From IMG/VR virus record IMGVR_UViG_3300025018_000020, positions 1 to 48,151 of that record: a stretch of DNA of 48,151 nucleotides; one strand, written 5' to 3'. A program made the translations under genes and the position numbers. The notes under the pieces are model-generated. The model worked only from the letters and a program-made list of their open reading frames with translations. It searched no databases and was not told where the DNA came from. The DNA is from a virus (Duplodnaviria; Caudoviricetes). Shown in pieces: positions 1-10,445 of the stretch (position 1 is its first letter; each line of letters opens with the position of its first letter).

Positions 1-127
1 AATATATCTAGTGTTTGTGGGGTTTTCTTTAAGTCGCTCTCTCTCTTTGGTATTTCAACAGGAGCTAGTGGTTCGGGTAATAATGCAATCCTTGCTTATG
101 ATGAAAGATATAACGCCTGGTCTTTAT
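1..127. repeat. Terminal direct repeat copy 1 (circular assembly overlap)
   Basis: Bases 1-127 are identical to 48025-48151, and a reading frame runs straight across the join. Confidence 0.97.
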
Positions 128-711
128 GGACTGGATTATATCCAGCTGTGTTTGCTAAGTTTATTTCTCCAATAGATAACATTGAAAGACTCTATTATGG
201 TTCTAGCCTCACGGCAGATGTTGTTCAAATGTTTACTGGAAGAAAAGACTATGCTGGAGATGCTGATAACGAAACCAAGATTACACTATCCATCTCAACC
301 AAGCAGTACGACATGAAACTCCCTGACCAATTTAAGAAGTTTGATAAGATTACTTTGGTATTTGGTACCCTAACTGGTAATAGCACTACCGTAGGTGTGA
401 TTAAGGCTGGAAAAGACGGAATTGAGTCTGACCCCAGGCTGTTAATTACTCAAGAGGCTTCTTTATCAGGGTTTGGTAACGATGAGTGGGGTGCTCAAGA
501 AGTAGGTATGATGTCAGCTGAGGATGCTGGCTCTTCTGTGAACCTTAGATATATTAACATGAAACAAAAAGACTTATTCTGGGTTAAGGTGAATATCCAG
601 AACGATGGTATTGAGGATGAAGTTTCTTTAATCGGCGTTTTTGTTTATTACTCAGTTAGCACAAGGCCTCTCACTTTCGATATGAAATTGAGACAGATAG
701 CTACGGGGTAA
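1..711 (+). CDS. C-terminal part of tail nozzle / DNA-stabilisation protein (P22 gp10 or tail tubular B-like); gene starts at 46672 and wraps the origin, 687 aa total
   Basis: Frame 1 is open from base 1 to 711 and is in frame with the ORF starting at ATG 46672; it lies after the adaptor gene and is beta-rich. Confidence 0.75.
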   Translation, partial: NISSVCGVFFKSLSLFGISTGASGSGNNAILAYDERYNAWSLWTGLYPAVFAKFISPIDNIERLYYGSSLTADVVQMFTGRKDYAGDADNETKITLSISTKQYDMKLPDQFKKFDKITLVFGTLTGNSTTVGVIKAGKDGIESDPRLLITQEASLSGFGNDEWGAQEVGMMSAEDAGSSVNLRYINMKQKDLFWVKVNIQNDGIEDEVSLIGVFVYYSVSTRPLTFDMKLRQIATG

Positions 712-741
712 GACACAAAGAATAAATAAATACAATAGTAT
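712..741 (+). promoter_or_regulatory. Putative late promoter GACACA-N18-TAGTAT
   Basis: GACACA 712-717, TAGTAT 736-741; one of six equally spaced copies. Confidence 0.75.
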
Positions 742-750
742 AAGGAATAT

Positions 751-1779
751 ATGGCAATTTATAAAGCAAACGATAAATACAGAGCTAACCTTAGGTCTAC
801 ATGGGTATCAGACCCAGCAGGTGGCTCTCTCTTGGTAGACGCAATCCCTAGTAATACTCCAACCATTGTGGTTGTTGGGTGGGGAACCACTTATGAAACA
901 GTTTTTACTGTTACCTCAACTTCTGGTTCAAGTGCGGCTGATTATGCTTTAACAGGAGTTGTTAGGCTTCGTGGGTATGATGGAAACTTAGCCGAAAACC
1001 TCGCTGTTAACTGTCTGAATAATGAAGAGTTCTTTAACCAATACTCTGACTTTGTTAACGATGAATACTTACAGATGGCTGAACAAGGTTCTGCCCCAGC
1101 TACTCCAGCAAGTGGATTTTTAAGACTTTATGCTTCAACCGATGGCTCATGGCATGTTAAGAACGATGCTGGAGTTGATGCCACCATTGGAGAACTCTCT
1201 GACGAGTGGATTGATGTTGCTGATGGGGCAACCATGAACTTTAACTTGACCTCTCTAACAAATAAACTCAAGTTCCTTTGCGGGGCGTTGGGTGGGAATA
1301 GAACATTTACTATCAGTAATTCTGCTGAGGGCAAGACTTTCTTAATTAGAGTTCCTCAAGATGGTACTGGCTCAAGAACTGTTACTTGGTTTGAATCAGC
1401 TAGTGAAACGGTAACTATTACCGAGGCAAATCCTGGTGTGGTTACTACTTCATACGATATGAAGACTGGTACACCAGTTAAGTTCACAACCACAGACACA
1501 CTACCAACAAACATTACCGCTGGAACTACTTATTACTGGATTAGAGTTAATGCAACATCTGGTCAGCTAGCGACAACTAAAACACTAGCCTTAGCTGGAA
1601 CTGCTATTGATACCTCTGGTAGCACATCGGCTGGCACTCACACCATGGGTGTGCAGATTATGTGGGCTGGTGGAGATGCTCCAGATTTATCAACAGACAA
1701 ACACGCTTGGGATGACTTTGGTTTCATTGTTCATGGAACTGCTCAAATCACAGGTGTTGTTGTAGCACAGGACATGTAA
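751..1779 (+). CDS. Tail fibre / virion appendage base protein
   Basis: Thr/Gly-rich beta protein with QDGTGSRTVTW and WAGGDAPDLS motifs typical of phage fibre proteins; follows the nozzle gene. Confidence 0.65.
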   Translation: MAIYKANDKYRANLRSTWVSDPAGGSLLVDAIPSNTPTIVVVGWGTTYETVFTVTSTSGSSAADYALTGVVRLRGYDGNLAENLAVNCLNNEEFFNQYSDFVNDEYLQMAEQGSAPATPASGFLRLYASTDGSWHVKNDAGVDATIGELSDEWIDVADGATMNFNLTSLTNKLKFLCGALGGNRTFTISNSAEGKTFLIRVPQDGTGSRTVTWFESASETVTITEANPGVVTTSYDMKTGTPVKFTTTDTLPTNITAGTTYYWIRVNATSGQLATTKTLALAGTAIDTSGSTSAGTHTMGVQIMWAGGDAPDLSTDKHAWDDFGFIVHGTAQITGVVVAQDM

Positions 1780-1780
1780 T

Positions 1781-2878
1781 ATGGCACAACTACAATTTAG
1801 GTCAGACGACACCATAAAATGGAAACATGGGTTTGGAGACGGACACGATGGATCTACTTATGCTGTTCCAGCTATGACTGGTTGTTCAGGAACAGTCTCC
1901 ACAAAAACACTCACCCTTGAGGCTGCAAGCACTTTTGCAAATAACGACTTAATTTTAATTCTACAAACAAGAGGAACACACAACCTCTGGCAGTTAAACA
2001 AGATTTTATCTGGTGCTGGAACAACAACCCTCACACTTGAATCCGACCTAACAAACACATACTCAAATAGTGGTGCATCTCAGGCTCAAGTAATGGAAAT
2101 GAAGGAATATGATGGTCTTACCAATACTGGCTTCACAATAAGTACCTGGAATACCAGCCAATATGGAATTGGTGGATATTTTGATAAAGCAATCCATACT
2201 ATTTCTGGAACTATAAGTGGTGACTCAAAAGGTTTTGATGGCGGTACTGGAGCACCTAATTCATCTGTGCAAACTGGTGAGGGTCATAACCATGCTCAAA
2301 CAACAGAAACAACAAACACAGGTGGATCTGGTGGAGGAGGACACCAAGACTCTGGTGGTGGAGGTGGTGGTAACGCTGCAGCTGGTGGCCGTGGATACAA
2401 TTATTCCACACCAAACTGTTTTGGAGGAACTCTCGCTGGAACAGCCGCACTAACAAGTTTTGCACTTGGTGGTGGTGGTGGTGGTGGATCAGCTGGTGGG
2501 GGTTCTGGAACTGGTGGTAATGGTGGTGGTGGTGTGTTTATTTTTGCTAAAGACTTAGTTATTACTGGAAACATTTATTTAAGAGGAGCAGCTGGAACTT
2601 CTGGTGGAGCTGGTCGTGGCGGTGGAGGAGGAGCTGGAGGATCTTGTTTGCTAAAATGTGAGACAGCAACTCTTGGTTCTGCCTTAATTGTCGCAACTGG
2701 AGGATCTGGTGGTGGCGGCACAGAAGGCGTTGGAGGAGCTGGGTCAACTGGTCGTGTTCACCTTGATTACTCAAAATCATACACAGGAACAACTAGCCCA
2801 ACACTAGATGTGACATTAGATAAGACTGTTAAGACACCTCTCTCTGGTGGTGCTTTATTACTAACCAACTTTACTTAA
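1781..2878 (+). CDS. Glycine-rich fibre tip / receptor-binding protein, paralog A
   Basis: Poly-Gly runs (GGGGGGGSAGGG, GGAGGSCLLKC); clearly homologous to 39703-40830. Confidence 0.65.
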   Translation: MAQLQFRSDDTIKWKHGFGDGHDGSTYAVPAMTGCSGTVSTKTLTLEAASTFANNDLILILQTRGTHNLWQLNKILSGAGTTTLTLESDLTNTYSNSGASQAQVMEMKEYDGLTNTGFTISTWNTSQYGIGGYFDKAIHTISGTISGDSKGFDGGTGAPNSSVQTGEGHNHAQTTETTNTGGSGGGGHQDSGGGGGGNAAAGGRGYNYSTPNCFGGTLAGTAALTSFALGGGGGGGSAGGGSGTGGNGGGGVFIFAKDLVITGNIYLRGAAGTSGGAGRGGGGGAGGSCLLKCETATLGSALIVATGGSGGGGTEGVGGAGSTGRVHLDYSKSYTGTTSPTLDVTLDKTVKTPLSGGALLLTNFT

Positions 2879-2879
2879 T

Positions 2880-2909
2880 GACACAAAAAGAACTTAAACA
2901 CACTAATAT
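2880..2909 (+). promoter_or_regulatory. Putative late promoter GACACA-N18-TAATAT
   Basis: GACACA 2880-2885, TAATAT 2904-2909, intergenic. Confidence 0.75.
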
Positions 2910-2931
2910 AACAATATAAGGAATTAAAATT

Positions 2932-4041
2932 ATGTTTGAAGATATACTAAAAGCAATTTATGGAAGTGCTTACCGTGAAGGTAAATTAACGCCAGACTTT
3001 GGTGTTACTGAGGCTTATGCTCAAAGCAATAATCAGGCATTAAGTCCTGATGGTGGAAGTCAAATACTTGGTGCTTATGATCCAGGTGGTTCTACATCTG
3101 GGGCTATCTTAACTAACGACCAAGGCACTACTGGTACTTTCAATGAATTGTATGGTGCCCCTGGTGCTCCAAGAATTAGTGACCCAACAACATCCCCACC
3201 CCCAACAAACACAGACAATGGTGGAGGAGGAACAACAACCTTAGCCGCCCCAACTGGTGATCCTAATGGAAATGATGGAGGCCTAAGTGCTCAAATTGAA
3301 TTAGCTCGTGGTGCATATAACAACAGGCTCGGAGATTTAGGAAGAGCATTTGGTGAGGCAAGGGGAGTTTATGACAGAGGACTAGATACCCTTGGTAAAC
3401 GAAGAGGAGAGTTCACTGGAATCTTTAATCAAGGAAATGCAGATATTCTCAACTCCTTTGAAGGAGAAAGAGGTAATTTACAAAGATCAGCAACTGAAAA
3501 CACAAGTAGACTTAGAAATATACTAAGAGCTACTGGTATGGGAGGCTCAGCCTTCACAAGGGGAGTCGGCAATCAGGATAAAGCAAACCTTAGAAACTTA
3601 GGTGCTCTCTCTAATGAAAAGACTTTCAACGAAAGAGAAAACTTAAAAGGCTATAACACAAACAATGAGTGGGCAAACAACCAAGAGTCTACCTTAGGTG
3701 ACTACCTAAGAAATGCTCAAGGTAATTACCAATCAGGTGTTGAAAAGGCTGGATTAGTTAATGCTGGAGACATTGCTGGAATCAATAGTGCCTTCGACCA
3801 ACTAAGAAGCAACATTGTTAACCAACAACTTGCTATGCAAGCAGCTGGTGGTAATATCAATGCTTATGCAGCAAATCCATTTGCTCCTAATCTATCTGAT
3901 ATGACTAATTCATTAAATGTTGCTATGCCTAATTTTGCAACTCCTGATGGAGGAAACAATCAGGCTGCTAATTTAGGAAACGAAAACCTTAGTTATTTAG
4001 ACAGACTTAAACAAAGAGCTGGCGGGAGCATGTACGCCTAA
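2932..4041 (+). CDS. Probable internal virion / ejection protein
   Basis: G/N/A/Q-rich with a helical-looking C-terminal half; position matches podovirus ejection genes. Confidence 0.5.
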   Translation: MFEDILKAIYGSAYREGKLTPDFGVTEAYAQSNNQALSPDGGSQILGAYDPGGSTSGAILTNDQGTTGTFNELYGAPGAPRISDPTTSPPPTNTDNGGGGTTTLAAPTGDPNGNDGGLSAQIELARGAYNNRLGDLGRAFGEARGVYDRGLDTLGKRRGEFTGIFNQGNADILNSFEGERGNLQRSATENTSRLRNILRATGMGGSAFTRGVGNQDKANLRNLGALSNEKTFNERENLKGYNTNNEWANNQESTLGDYLRNAQGNYQSGVEKAGLVNAGDIAGINSAFDQLRSNIVNQQLAMQAAGGNINAYAANPFAPNLSDMTNSLNVAMPNFATPDGGNNQAANLGNENLSYLDRLKQRAGGSMYA

Positions 4042-4064
4042 GCCAGAATAGGCACGAGGCATAT

Positions 4065-7000
4065 ATGACCATATTTGAGAGACTAAAACAAAAAGCACAA
4101 CAAGCACTTACGGGAGTAGGTAATTTCATTGACAGAGATAAGAGCATGGGTGGCGTTCAACTCCAACAAGGGGGTTTGATTAACAATGCTAGGAACTTTG
4201 TTGGAGACGCTAGACAAAGAGCAAAAGATAGAAACCAACAAATATATAACAACATAGCCAACACTCAGGTTGGTGGCCATAGGTTAGAAGATCAGGTAAG
4301 AGCCTATCCACAAGCCTTCATGGAGAATCTTCCATTCACACCTGATAGGCAAGAAAACCTCAACAGAAACATTGAGGATATTCTTGGAGAAAAAACAAAG
4401 GCAACTACTGTTGCTCAAGGACTTAATAACTGGGTCGGTGCCCCACTTGCTCAAGTCCCCTACAACACTAGGGAGGCATTTGGTGGTGAAGAAAAATCTG
4501 GTTTAAGTAGAGTTGGTCATGGAGCTCAGGCTTTATTTGGACTACTTCCTGGCGTAGATGATGCCTTGTTTGCTGGATATAACTCACTTAAAGGTGCAGC
4601 CACAGAAAGAGATTTAGCAGGTGCCCAACCTGGACTTGCTGGGAATGAATACTATGGACTAGGAGACGCTGTAACTGGTGGAAACAAAGACAGTCTCATT
4701 ACCCCAGCTCTAAACATGGCTGAGCTACCACTTTTACTATTTGGTGGTCTTAAAGCAAAAAACTTAGATGAGGTTCTCCAAAATCAAATGAAGAACGCAG
4801 ACAATCTTAGTGGATTAAAGAGAGTTAATGGAGCAGACGAATTAGTTACTGCCCTTCCAAAGAGAGCAAAAGACACAATTTATGTTACTCCTAGTGGGTC
4901 TGCCATCAAGCCAAAAGTCCAACCAAAGACAACTGCTAGTTTGGATAGTATTCTTCGTCAAGCAGACGATGTAATCCCTGGCGGGACTAAACAATCAGAT
5001 GAACTGGGTGGACTTTTGACTGCTGGTAATCCAGATGTCCCTCAATTACCTGCTAAGGCAGAGAGTGTAATCAATACACAAAAACAGGGAGACAGTTTCT
5101 TCAAATCTCTCAGAAAATCAAAAGATGTTAGTACCTTTGACAAAATTAGGTTAGATAGACAATCTAGGTTAGAGAAGGCTCTACCACCCAATGTATATTC
5201 TAAAATTAAAACAAACATAGTTGACCCTAAAAACAAACTCATTGCTGACTCCATTGATTGGGGCAGGAAGTATGAGGATGCTTTGTCTAGCTCTCCAATA
5301 AAAATGGGTAGTAAAGAAGATAAACTCATCAAACAACTTAACTCTGGGTCTCTAAATGAGAAACAACTTGTTGAACAAGTTGGTGAAGTTAAGGCCAAAC
5401 AAATTATTGATACACACACTCAACTCAGGGGTATGTATGAAGAGATGATTAACTTTGTTAACCCAAGGCGTGTTGAGGCTGGCTTAACTCCAATCCCATA
5501 CAAACAAGACTTCTTATCTCAAGTTGGGAACAAGAGGTCTGGGAATATGATTGAAGACCTGTTCTTTGGTAAAGATAAAACCACTGGAGCAAAGTCTCAG
5601 ACAATCTTCAAGAGACAGGGTGCTACTAATGAAGACTTCGGAGCTATTGAGGGTATGGCTGGATACTTAGATTACATAAAGAGAGCAGGATTCACAGACC
5701 TTGTTACTCCAAAACTAGATGAATATATCAACCTTGCTGGTAAGGCTGGTGCTGACCCTAGTGTTGTTAAGTATTTAGAAAACTATAGGAATGAGATATT
5801 GGGAGTTAGAGACAGTGGCCTCGGAGACCAAATCGCTAGTATTACTGGTAATGTTAGAGGGGCTGCTGTTCTTGGTAATGCCCGCTCATTTGTTGCTCAA
5901 ACATTTAACTTGCCACAGGCTATGGCCGAGTCTAATCCAAAAAACTTTATTAAAGGTATGTTTTCAAAAGGGGCTAGGGTTGCTGAAAAAGAATCTCCTT
6001 TGTTGAAATCTCTATCTGATTCAACTCCAACAAATCTAACCAAGGGGCTTGATAAGATTAAGAAACCTGCCGCAGATGCACTTCAAGCAGCAAATAATGT
6101 TACTGCTAGACAAGTATGGAGGTCTTTCTTTGAACAAGGTAAGAGTAAGGGTGTTGATGACGCTATTCAATACGCCGATGACTTAACAGTTCAAATCATG
6201 GGCGATAGAAGACTGGGTGAATTAGGTGAATACTATCAATCGTGGTTCGGCAAAACTTTCTCTCCATTTACTTTAGAAAATCAGGCTGCAATGAACAAAT
6301 TGTTCAAGAGTGTTGGTGAAAAGAAAGTCGGAACAGTTCTTGGAACACTAGCCGCCTGGAGAATAAGTAATGACTTAAATGAGAAGTTTGGGACTGGAGA
6401 CAGACCCTTCTTAGACCCAGCAGACATGCTCAATGATACTTATCAACAGTGGTATGGAACTGATGAAAAAGAACCAGATAAAGTTAAGGCAGTTGCTAGA
6501 GTATTTACTGAATTAACAAGGTTGGTTCCAGCCCTACAATCTCCGTTCTTCACTGGAGCTAAATTAGCTCTTGGAGACAAAACCAGAGACATCTTTGGAA
6601 CAAACGATCCTACTTGGATGAACGCCTTATCCCTATATGATATTACTGATGTTGGTAGAAATATCACTGGCAACAAGGCTGTTGATGTTCCCTGGAACTT
6701 AGCCTCAAAAGTATTGCCATACGCAAACCAAGCCGCTAGGTCAACTCAGGCGTTAGTCTCTCAAGGAAGAGGATACACAGAGAGTCGTAAGGGGAATCCA
6801 ATGTTTGAGACCCCAAGTAATCCTTTTGATATAGCTAGGTCAATCTTCTTTGGCCAGAACTCTACTCAAGAGGCTAGAGACATGTTTGACAATGAGTTTG
6901 ACTGGGGACTAAACACAAGTCAGGGTGAAATAATGGATAAGATTCCTACCAGAGATGGCAAGATTGAATATCTAAACAACGCTAAAAAGAGCAATATCTC

Positions 7001-7688
7001 AGATAAGAAACTAGACTCTATTCTTGAAGGTGGAAAAACTAACGCCGACACATCTTTATTTGATAGCAAATCAGCAACATCTGGATCTGTTAAAGAGAGA
7101 ATGGATACATTTAAGGAGCTCAATAAAATCCTATCTGATGAGAACATCCCACAATCAGCTAAAAATGAGTTTATCAAGGCCTCTGGAGCTGATCCTAAAG
7201 ATGCGGCCTACTACACAATGGCGGCTCAAGATATGGATGTTAAACTCCAAGATGAAATCTTACCTAAATTAGAAACCATGGACGATAAAGACTTAATGGA
7301 TTATCTTGGTAGCCAGAGAAGAGTTGTTGGTGGTAAACAAATGCTCACTTCTGGGATGATTGACTACCTCTATGACAGAGACTACATCAGTAAAGCCCAA
7401 AGTAAGGCTCTAAAGGCCATTAAATATGATGAGATTAAAAATGAGTTCTACTATAAGGGGGGAAGTGGTGGTGGAACAATGTCTTATGCTCAGGCTAAAA
7501 AGGCTTTCCAACTAGACCTACCTAAGTTCTCAAAATTAAAGTCACTAGACCTTATGTTTGAGCCAATTTCAGGTGGGGCTTCACAAACAGCTCGTGATGG
7601 TAATAAACTGTTAAGTGACATACTAAGTGGGAAGCCACAAAGGGGTGGTAACAGTACAAACAAGAAACTATGGTTTAACCAAGCATGA
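4065..7688 (+). CDS. Large internal virion / DNA ejection protein (1207 aa)
   Basis: Largest ORF, helical composition, last structural gene before the lysis module. Confidence 0.55.
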   Translation: MTIFERLKQKAQQALTGVGNFIDRDKSMGGVQLQQGGLINNARNFVGDARQRAKDRNQQIYNNIANTQVGGHRLEDQVRAYPQAFMENLPFTPDRQENLNRNIEDILGEKTKATTVAQGLNNWVGAPLAQVPYNTREAFGGEEKSGLSRVGHGAQALFGLLPGVDDALFAGYNSLKGAATERDLAGAQPGLAGNEYYGLGDAVTGGNKDSLITPALNMAELPLLLFGGLKAKNLDEVLQNQMKNADNLSGLKRVNGADELVTALPKRAKDTIYVTPSGSAIKPKVQPKTTASLDSILRQADDVIPGGTKQSDELGGLLTAGNPDVPQLPAKAESVINTQKQGDSFFKSLRKSKDVSTFDKIRLDRQSRLEKALPPNVYSKIKTNIVDPKNKLIADSIDWGRKYEDALSSSPIKMGSKEDKLIKQLNSGSLNEKQLVEQVGEVKAKQIIDTHTQLRGMYEEMINFVNPRRVEAGLTPIPYKQDFLSQVGNKRSGNMIEDLFFGKDKTTGAKSQTIFKRQGATNEDFGAIEGMAGYLDYIKRAGFTDLVTPKLDEYINLAGKAGADPSVVKYLENYRNEILGVRDSGLGDQIASITGNVRGAAVLGNARSFVAQTFNLPQAMAESNPKNFIKGMFSKGARVAEKESPLLKSLSDSTPTNLTKGLDKIKKPAADALQAANNVTARQVWRSFFEQGKSKGVDDAIQYADDLTVQIMGDRRLGELGEYYQSWFGKTFSPFTLENQAAMNKLFKSVGEKKVGTVLGTLAAWRISNDLNEKFGTGDRPFLDPADMLNDTYQQWYGTDEKEPDKVKAVARVFTELTRLVPALQSPFFTGAKLALGDKTRDIFGTNDPTWMNALSLYDITDVGRNITGNKAVDVPWNLASKVLPYANQAARSTQALVSQGRGYTESRKGNPMFETPSNPFDIARSIFFGQNSTQEARDMFDNEFDWGLNTSQGEIMDKIPTRDGKIEYLNNAKKSNISDKKLDSILEGGKTNADTSLFDSKSATSGSVKERMDTFKELNKILSDENIPQSAKNEFIKASGADPKDAAYYTMAAQDMDVKLQDEILPKLETMDDKDLMDYLGSQRRVVGGKQMLTSGMIDYLYDRDYISKAQSKALKAIKYDEIKNEFYYKGGSGGGTMSYAQAKKAFQLDLPKFSKLKSLDLMFEPISGGASQTARDGNKLLSDILSGKPQRGGNSTNKKLWFNQA

Positions 7689-7945
7689 ATATAGAAAACT
7701 TCTCAATCTCAATCATCAGTTACTTTTTAGGACTAATTAGCGGTGGTTTTATTAGTCAAAAAATTGGAAACAAACTTAATGAGGCTAGCTATAAAACACT
7801 GGTTTTAGTTTTAGTTTCTGTGATGTGGACAATTTCAGTTGCTTTTGAGATAGTGAACCCAGCATACAAAACCAATCCAATGATTCATGGGTTGATGGGT
7901 TCAATAGTAGGATTCTTCTACACATTTAAGCCAAAGGATAAATAA
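7685..7945 (+). CDS. Small membrane protein, holin-like
   Basis: About three hydrophobic segments in 86 aa; upstream of the amidase. Confidence 0.55.
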   Translation: MNIENFSISIISYFLGLISGGFISQKIGNKLNEASYKTLVLVLVSVMWTISVAFEIVNPAYKTNPMIHGLMGSIVGFFYTFKPKDK

Positions 7946-7946
7946 A

Positions 7947-8444
7947 ATGAACATTATTAAATCAATAGTACGCACAGTCCCAAATGTAATACTCTTTGGA
8001 GCTATGTTTTCCTTTATGGGGTCAGCTATTCCCTATACCTACTACAATTACTTTGATAGTACCCACTATTACAAGATATTAAGTCCAGTAGAGGTAGAGC
8101 AAAAAGAATATCATTTCTGCGACAGCATAAATGCTTACATAAACAGGGAATCTTTAGTTGATGGTCATGGTAATTCTATTATTAACTTAACCCTCATTCG
8201 TGAAGATGAAACTGGGCTTAAAAAAGACAGAATAGAAAGTGTTTCAAGACAAATATCTATTGAAAAAGGAAACGGCGTTGTTATCACTCACTGGAAATTA
8301 CCATGTGAAGTTGATAATAACCTAGTTGCCACAGGTAAATACTATTATGACGGAGTTGTTCAATACGAAGTTAGGGGTATTAAAAAATACGAACCATTCA
8401 CAACAGAAGTTTTTGAAATATATATAGACAAGGAGGCTAAATGA
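7947..8444 (+). CDS. Membrane-anchored protein in lysis module
   Basis: Single N-terminal hydrophobic segment followed by a beta-rich domain. Confidence 0.5.
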   Translation: MNIIKSIVRTVPNVILFGAMFSFMGSAIPYTYYNYFDSTHYYKILSPVEVEQKEYHFCDSINAYINRESLVDGHGNSIINLTLIREDETGLKKDRIESVSRQISIEKGNGVVITHWKLPCEVDNNLVATGKYYYDGVVQYEVRGIKKYEPFTTEVFEIYIDKEAK

Positions 8445-9172
8445 AAAAAATCTGTTTACAGGCTGGACATGAGGGTAGAACATCTGGTTCAACTGGTGCT
8501 CCTGGTGAACAAGAATTGACTGTTAGAGTTAGAAACAGACTTTCGCAGCTCCTAGTTAAAAAGGGTTTCCAACTATATTTAGTTGATGCTGATCCTAAAG
8601 ACTCAGAGATAGCTCAGGATTTTGACTTATTCTTATCCCTTCATGGAGATATGGACTACGCCAATGATGAGGGCGGAGGCTTTGCTGACTACCCAGAACC
8701 ATCAACAGATGGTGCTACTGCTGAGAGTCAAAGGATTTGTAGAATCATTAACGAGACTTACTTCCCAGAAACAAAGATAGTTTATAAAAACAGAAGTAAT
8801 GCTAACACCAGATACTACTATATGTGGAAGAGAATGAGTTTGAAAACACCATGTGTGTTAATTGAGATGGGACAAGTACAAGATCCACACGACAGAGTCT
8901 TACTTGCTAACACAGAGCTAATTGCTGGTGCTCTTGCTAAGAGTATCTCTAAGGCCTTTGGTATTCCTGATGAGCCAACTCCTCCGCCAGTAGATCCATG
9001 CAAGGGTTACATAGAGGAAATAGCTAGGTTGAAAAAGGAAATAGCTGACCATAAATGTCCTATAATCCCTCCAACTGAGCCTATCAAAAGTTACAAAGTA
9101 ATTTGCGAAGAATTGTACGATTTGAATGGCCAATTTTTGAGCGAAAAAAGAACGGTGACACCGATTAAATAA
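8441..9172 (+). CDS. Endolysin, N-acetylmuramoyl-L-alanine amidase (Amidase_3-like)
   Basis: ICLQAGHEG, EQEL, FLSLHGD and VLIEMG zinc/catalytic motifs; Pro-rich linker. Confidence 0.85.
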   Translation: MKKICLQAGHEGRTSGSTGAPGEQELTVRVRNRLSQLLVKKGFQLYLVDADPKDSEIAQDFDLFLSLHGDMDYANDEGGGFADYPEPSTDGATAESQRICRIINETYFPETKIVYKNRSNANTRYYYMWKRMSLKTPCVLIEMGQVQDPHDRVLLANTELIAGALAKSISKAFGIPDEPTPPPVDPCKGYIEEIARLKKEIADHKCPIIPPTEPIKSYKVICEELYDLNGQFLSEKRTVTPIK

Positions 9173-9250
9173 CAAAAAGGCTCAGAATCGCAGTCTTTTA
9201 ACACGAGTGCTAAGGACTTATAAGTAATAATTAAATACAAGGAAAGAAAT

Positions 9251-9466
9251 ATGAGAAAAGAGTTCACAGAGACATGGAGCACACTAAGTTCCAATGCTAA
9301 ATCACTACTAATTAGTGTCGGAGCTATTATTTTAGCTACTGGATTATTGTACCTATCAAAAATCTCTTTCCCTAATTTTGATTTTTCTCAATTAGAGTTA
9401 GTTGTGATAACAGCTATTAGTGGTTTTGTTGTTAACTTACTTAAAAACTACATCACTATTAAATAG
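9251..9466 (+). CDS. Putative holin
   Basis: 71 aa with two hydrophobic segments, directly after the endolysin. Confidence 0.6.
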   Translation: MRKEFTETWSTLSSNAKSLLISVGAIILATGLLYLSKISFPNFDFSQLELVVITAISGFVVNLLKNYITIK

Positions 9467-9873
9467 TGTCGGTTGAGAATATAAGGTCTTTAACTCAGCA
9501 AGTCGCTGAGCAAAATGAGGCTGTTCCACTATTCAAAGAAACAGATGATGCCTTCCATATTGCGGACATGATTGTTGAAGAGGCTCAAGAACTTGTTGAC
9601 GAATTAAGGTCTGCTTCTATTACCGATGACTTAACACAGGTAGCTGGTGAAGTTGGTGATGTACTCTACCTTGCTCTAAAGATGTGCAACACACTAGGAT
9701 TAAATCCAGATGAAGTTGTCCAAATGAAAATAGCCCGCAATGCTGAGAAGTATGGTGGTCAAACTAATAGAGATGTTGCTAAGAGTGAATGGGTTGAAAA
9801 GGGTGGTGATACTATTTTTTATCAACAATATCTTCTTTTGTCTTTAGATGACCATGAGAACGAACCCACTTAA
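9466..9873 (+). CDS. MazG-like nucleotide pyrophosphohydrolase
   Basis: EEAQEL...GEVGDVL (EExxE...ExxD) and K..RN..KY motifs. Confidence 0.8.
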   Translation: MSVENIRSLTQQVAEQNEAVPLFKETDDAFHIADMIVEEAQELVDELRSASITDDLTQVAGEVGDVLYLALKMCNTLGLNPDEVVQMKIARNAEKYGGQTNRDVAKSEWVEKGGDTIFYQQYLLLSLDDHENEPT

Positions 9874-9973
9874 AGTAGTCCGAACCTTTTTTCTTATTTA
9901 CCTGCCCAGCCTTCTTGCCTAATTTAGACATGTGCTCTGAGATGATGGCTTTTTTATCTATTTTATCTGTCAT
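9812..9973 (-). CDS. Small basic KGG-like protein, 53 aa (not in ORF track)
   Basis: MTDKIDKKAIISEHMSKLGKKAGQVNKKKGSDYFKWVRSHGHLKTKEDIVDKK, preceded by its own promoter. Confidence 0.65.
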   Translation of the reverse strand: MTDKIDKKAIISEHMSKLGKKAGQVNKKKGSDYFKWVRSHGHLKTKEDIVDKK

Positions 9974-9979
9974 TGCGTC

Positions 9980-10008
9980 AGTTTAACGGATTACGATCGG
10001 CTAGTCAA
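9980..10008 (-). promoter_or_regulatory. sigma70-type promoter TTGACT-N17-TAAACT, leaderless
   Basis: -10 ends 6 nt before the ATG at 9973; the spacer contains CCGATCGT. Confidence 0.7.
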
Positions 10009-10445
10009 CTTGGGAACCCGCCGAGCTCCTCTATTTTTTTCTTATACTTCTCTTGAATATCGACCATGTCTTGTGCGGTCATCTTAACTGTTTTCTCGGC
10101 ATCGGCCTTCATTCTTTCAACTTCTGCTCTACCGTGTCGTTTAACCATTACACGCTCATATTCTACCCAATTACCACTCTTAATCTTATTACAAACATAA
10201 CATTGCCCGTGGACTTGTTCTTCATTGAAGAGAACTGCGTTGTTGCGACCAGGAATAAAATGTCCAGCCTGCATACAGCCCATACCATAAATGTTTCTAA
10301 TGTCTTCACAAGTAATGCACTTACATTGACGGTTATTGCCGATAGTGGCCAGAGCATCTCTGAGGCGGATATATTTAGAAAAAAGACTCCAAGCCTTTGT
10401 CTTCTCTGTTGTGAACTTTAGTTTCTTTGGTTTCTTAACTTTCAC
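10005..10445 (-). CDS. NinG/Rap-like recombination endonuclease
   Basis: FSKYIRLRD, CITC, QAGHFI, VHGQCYVCN; likely GTG start at 10445 after GGAG (the track gives 10568). Confidence 0.85.
   Translation of the reverse strand: MKVKKPKKLKFTTEKTKAWSLFSKYIRLRDALATIGNNRQCKCITCEDIRNIYGMGCMQAGHFIPGRNNAVLFNEEQVHGQCYVCNKIKSGNWVEYERVMVKRHGRAEVERMKADAEKTVKMTAQDMVDIQEKYKKKIEELGGFPS

Noticed and set aside
9200-9230. Seventh late-motif copy before the holin (AACACG...TAATAA)
   Set aside because: Both boxes are degenerate and the spacer is 19 rather than 18.
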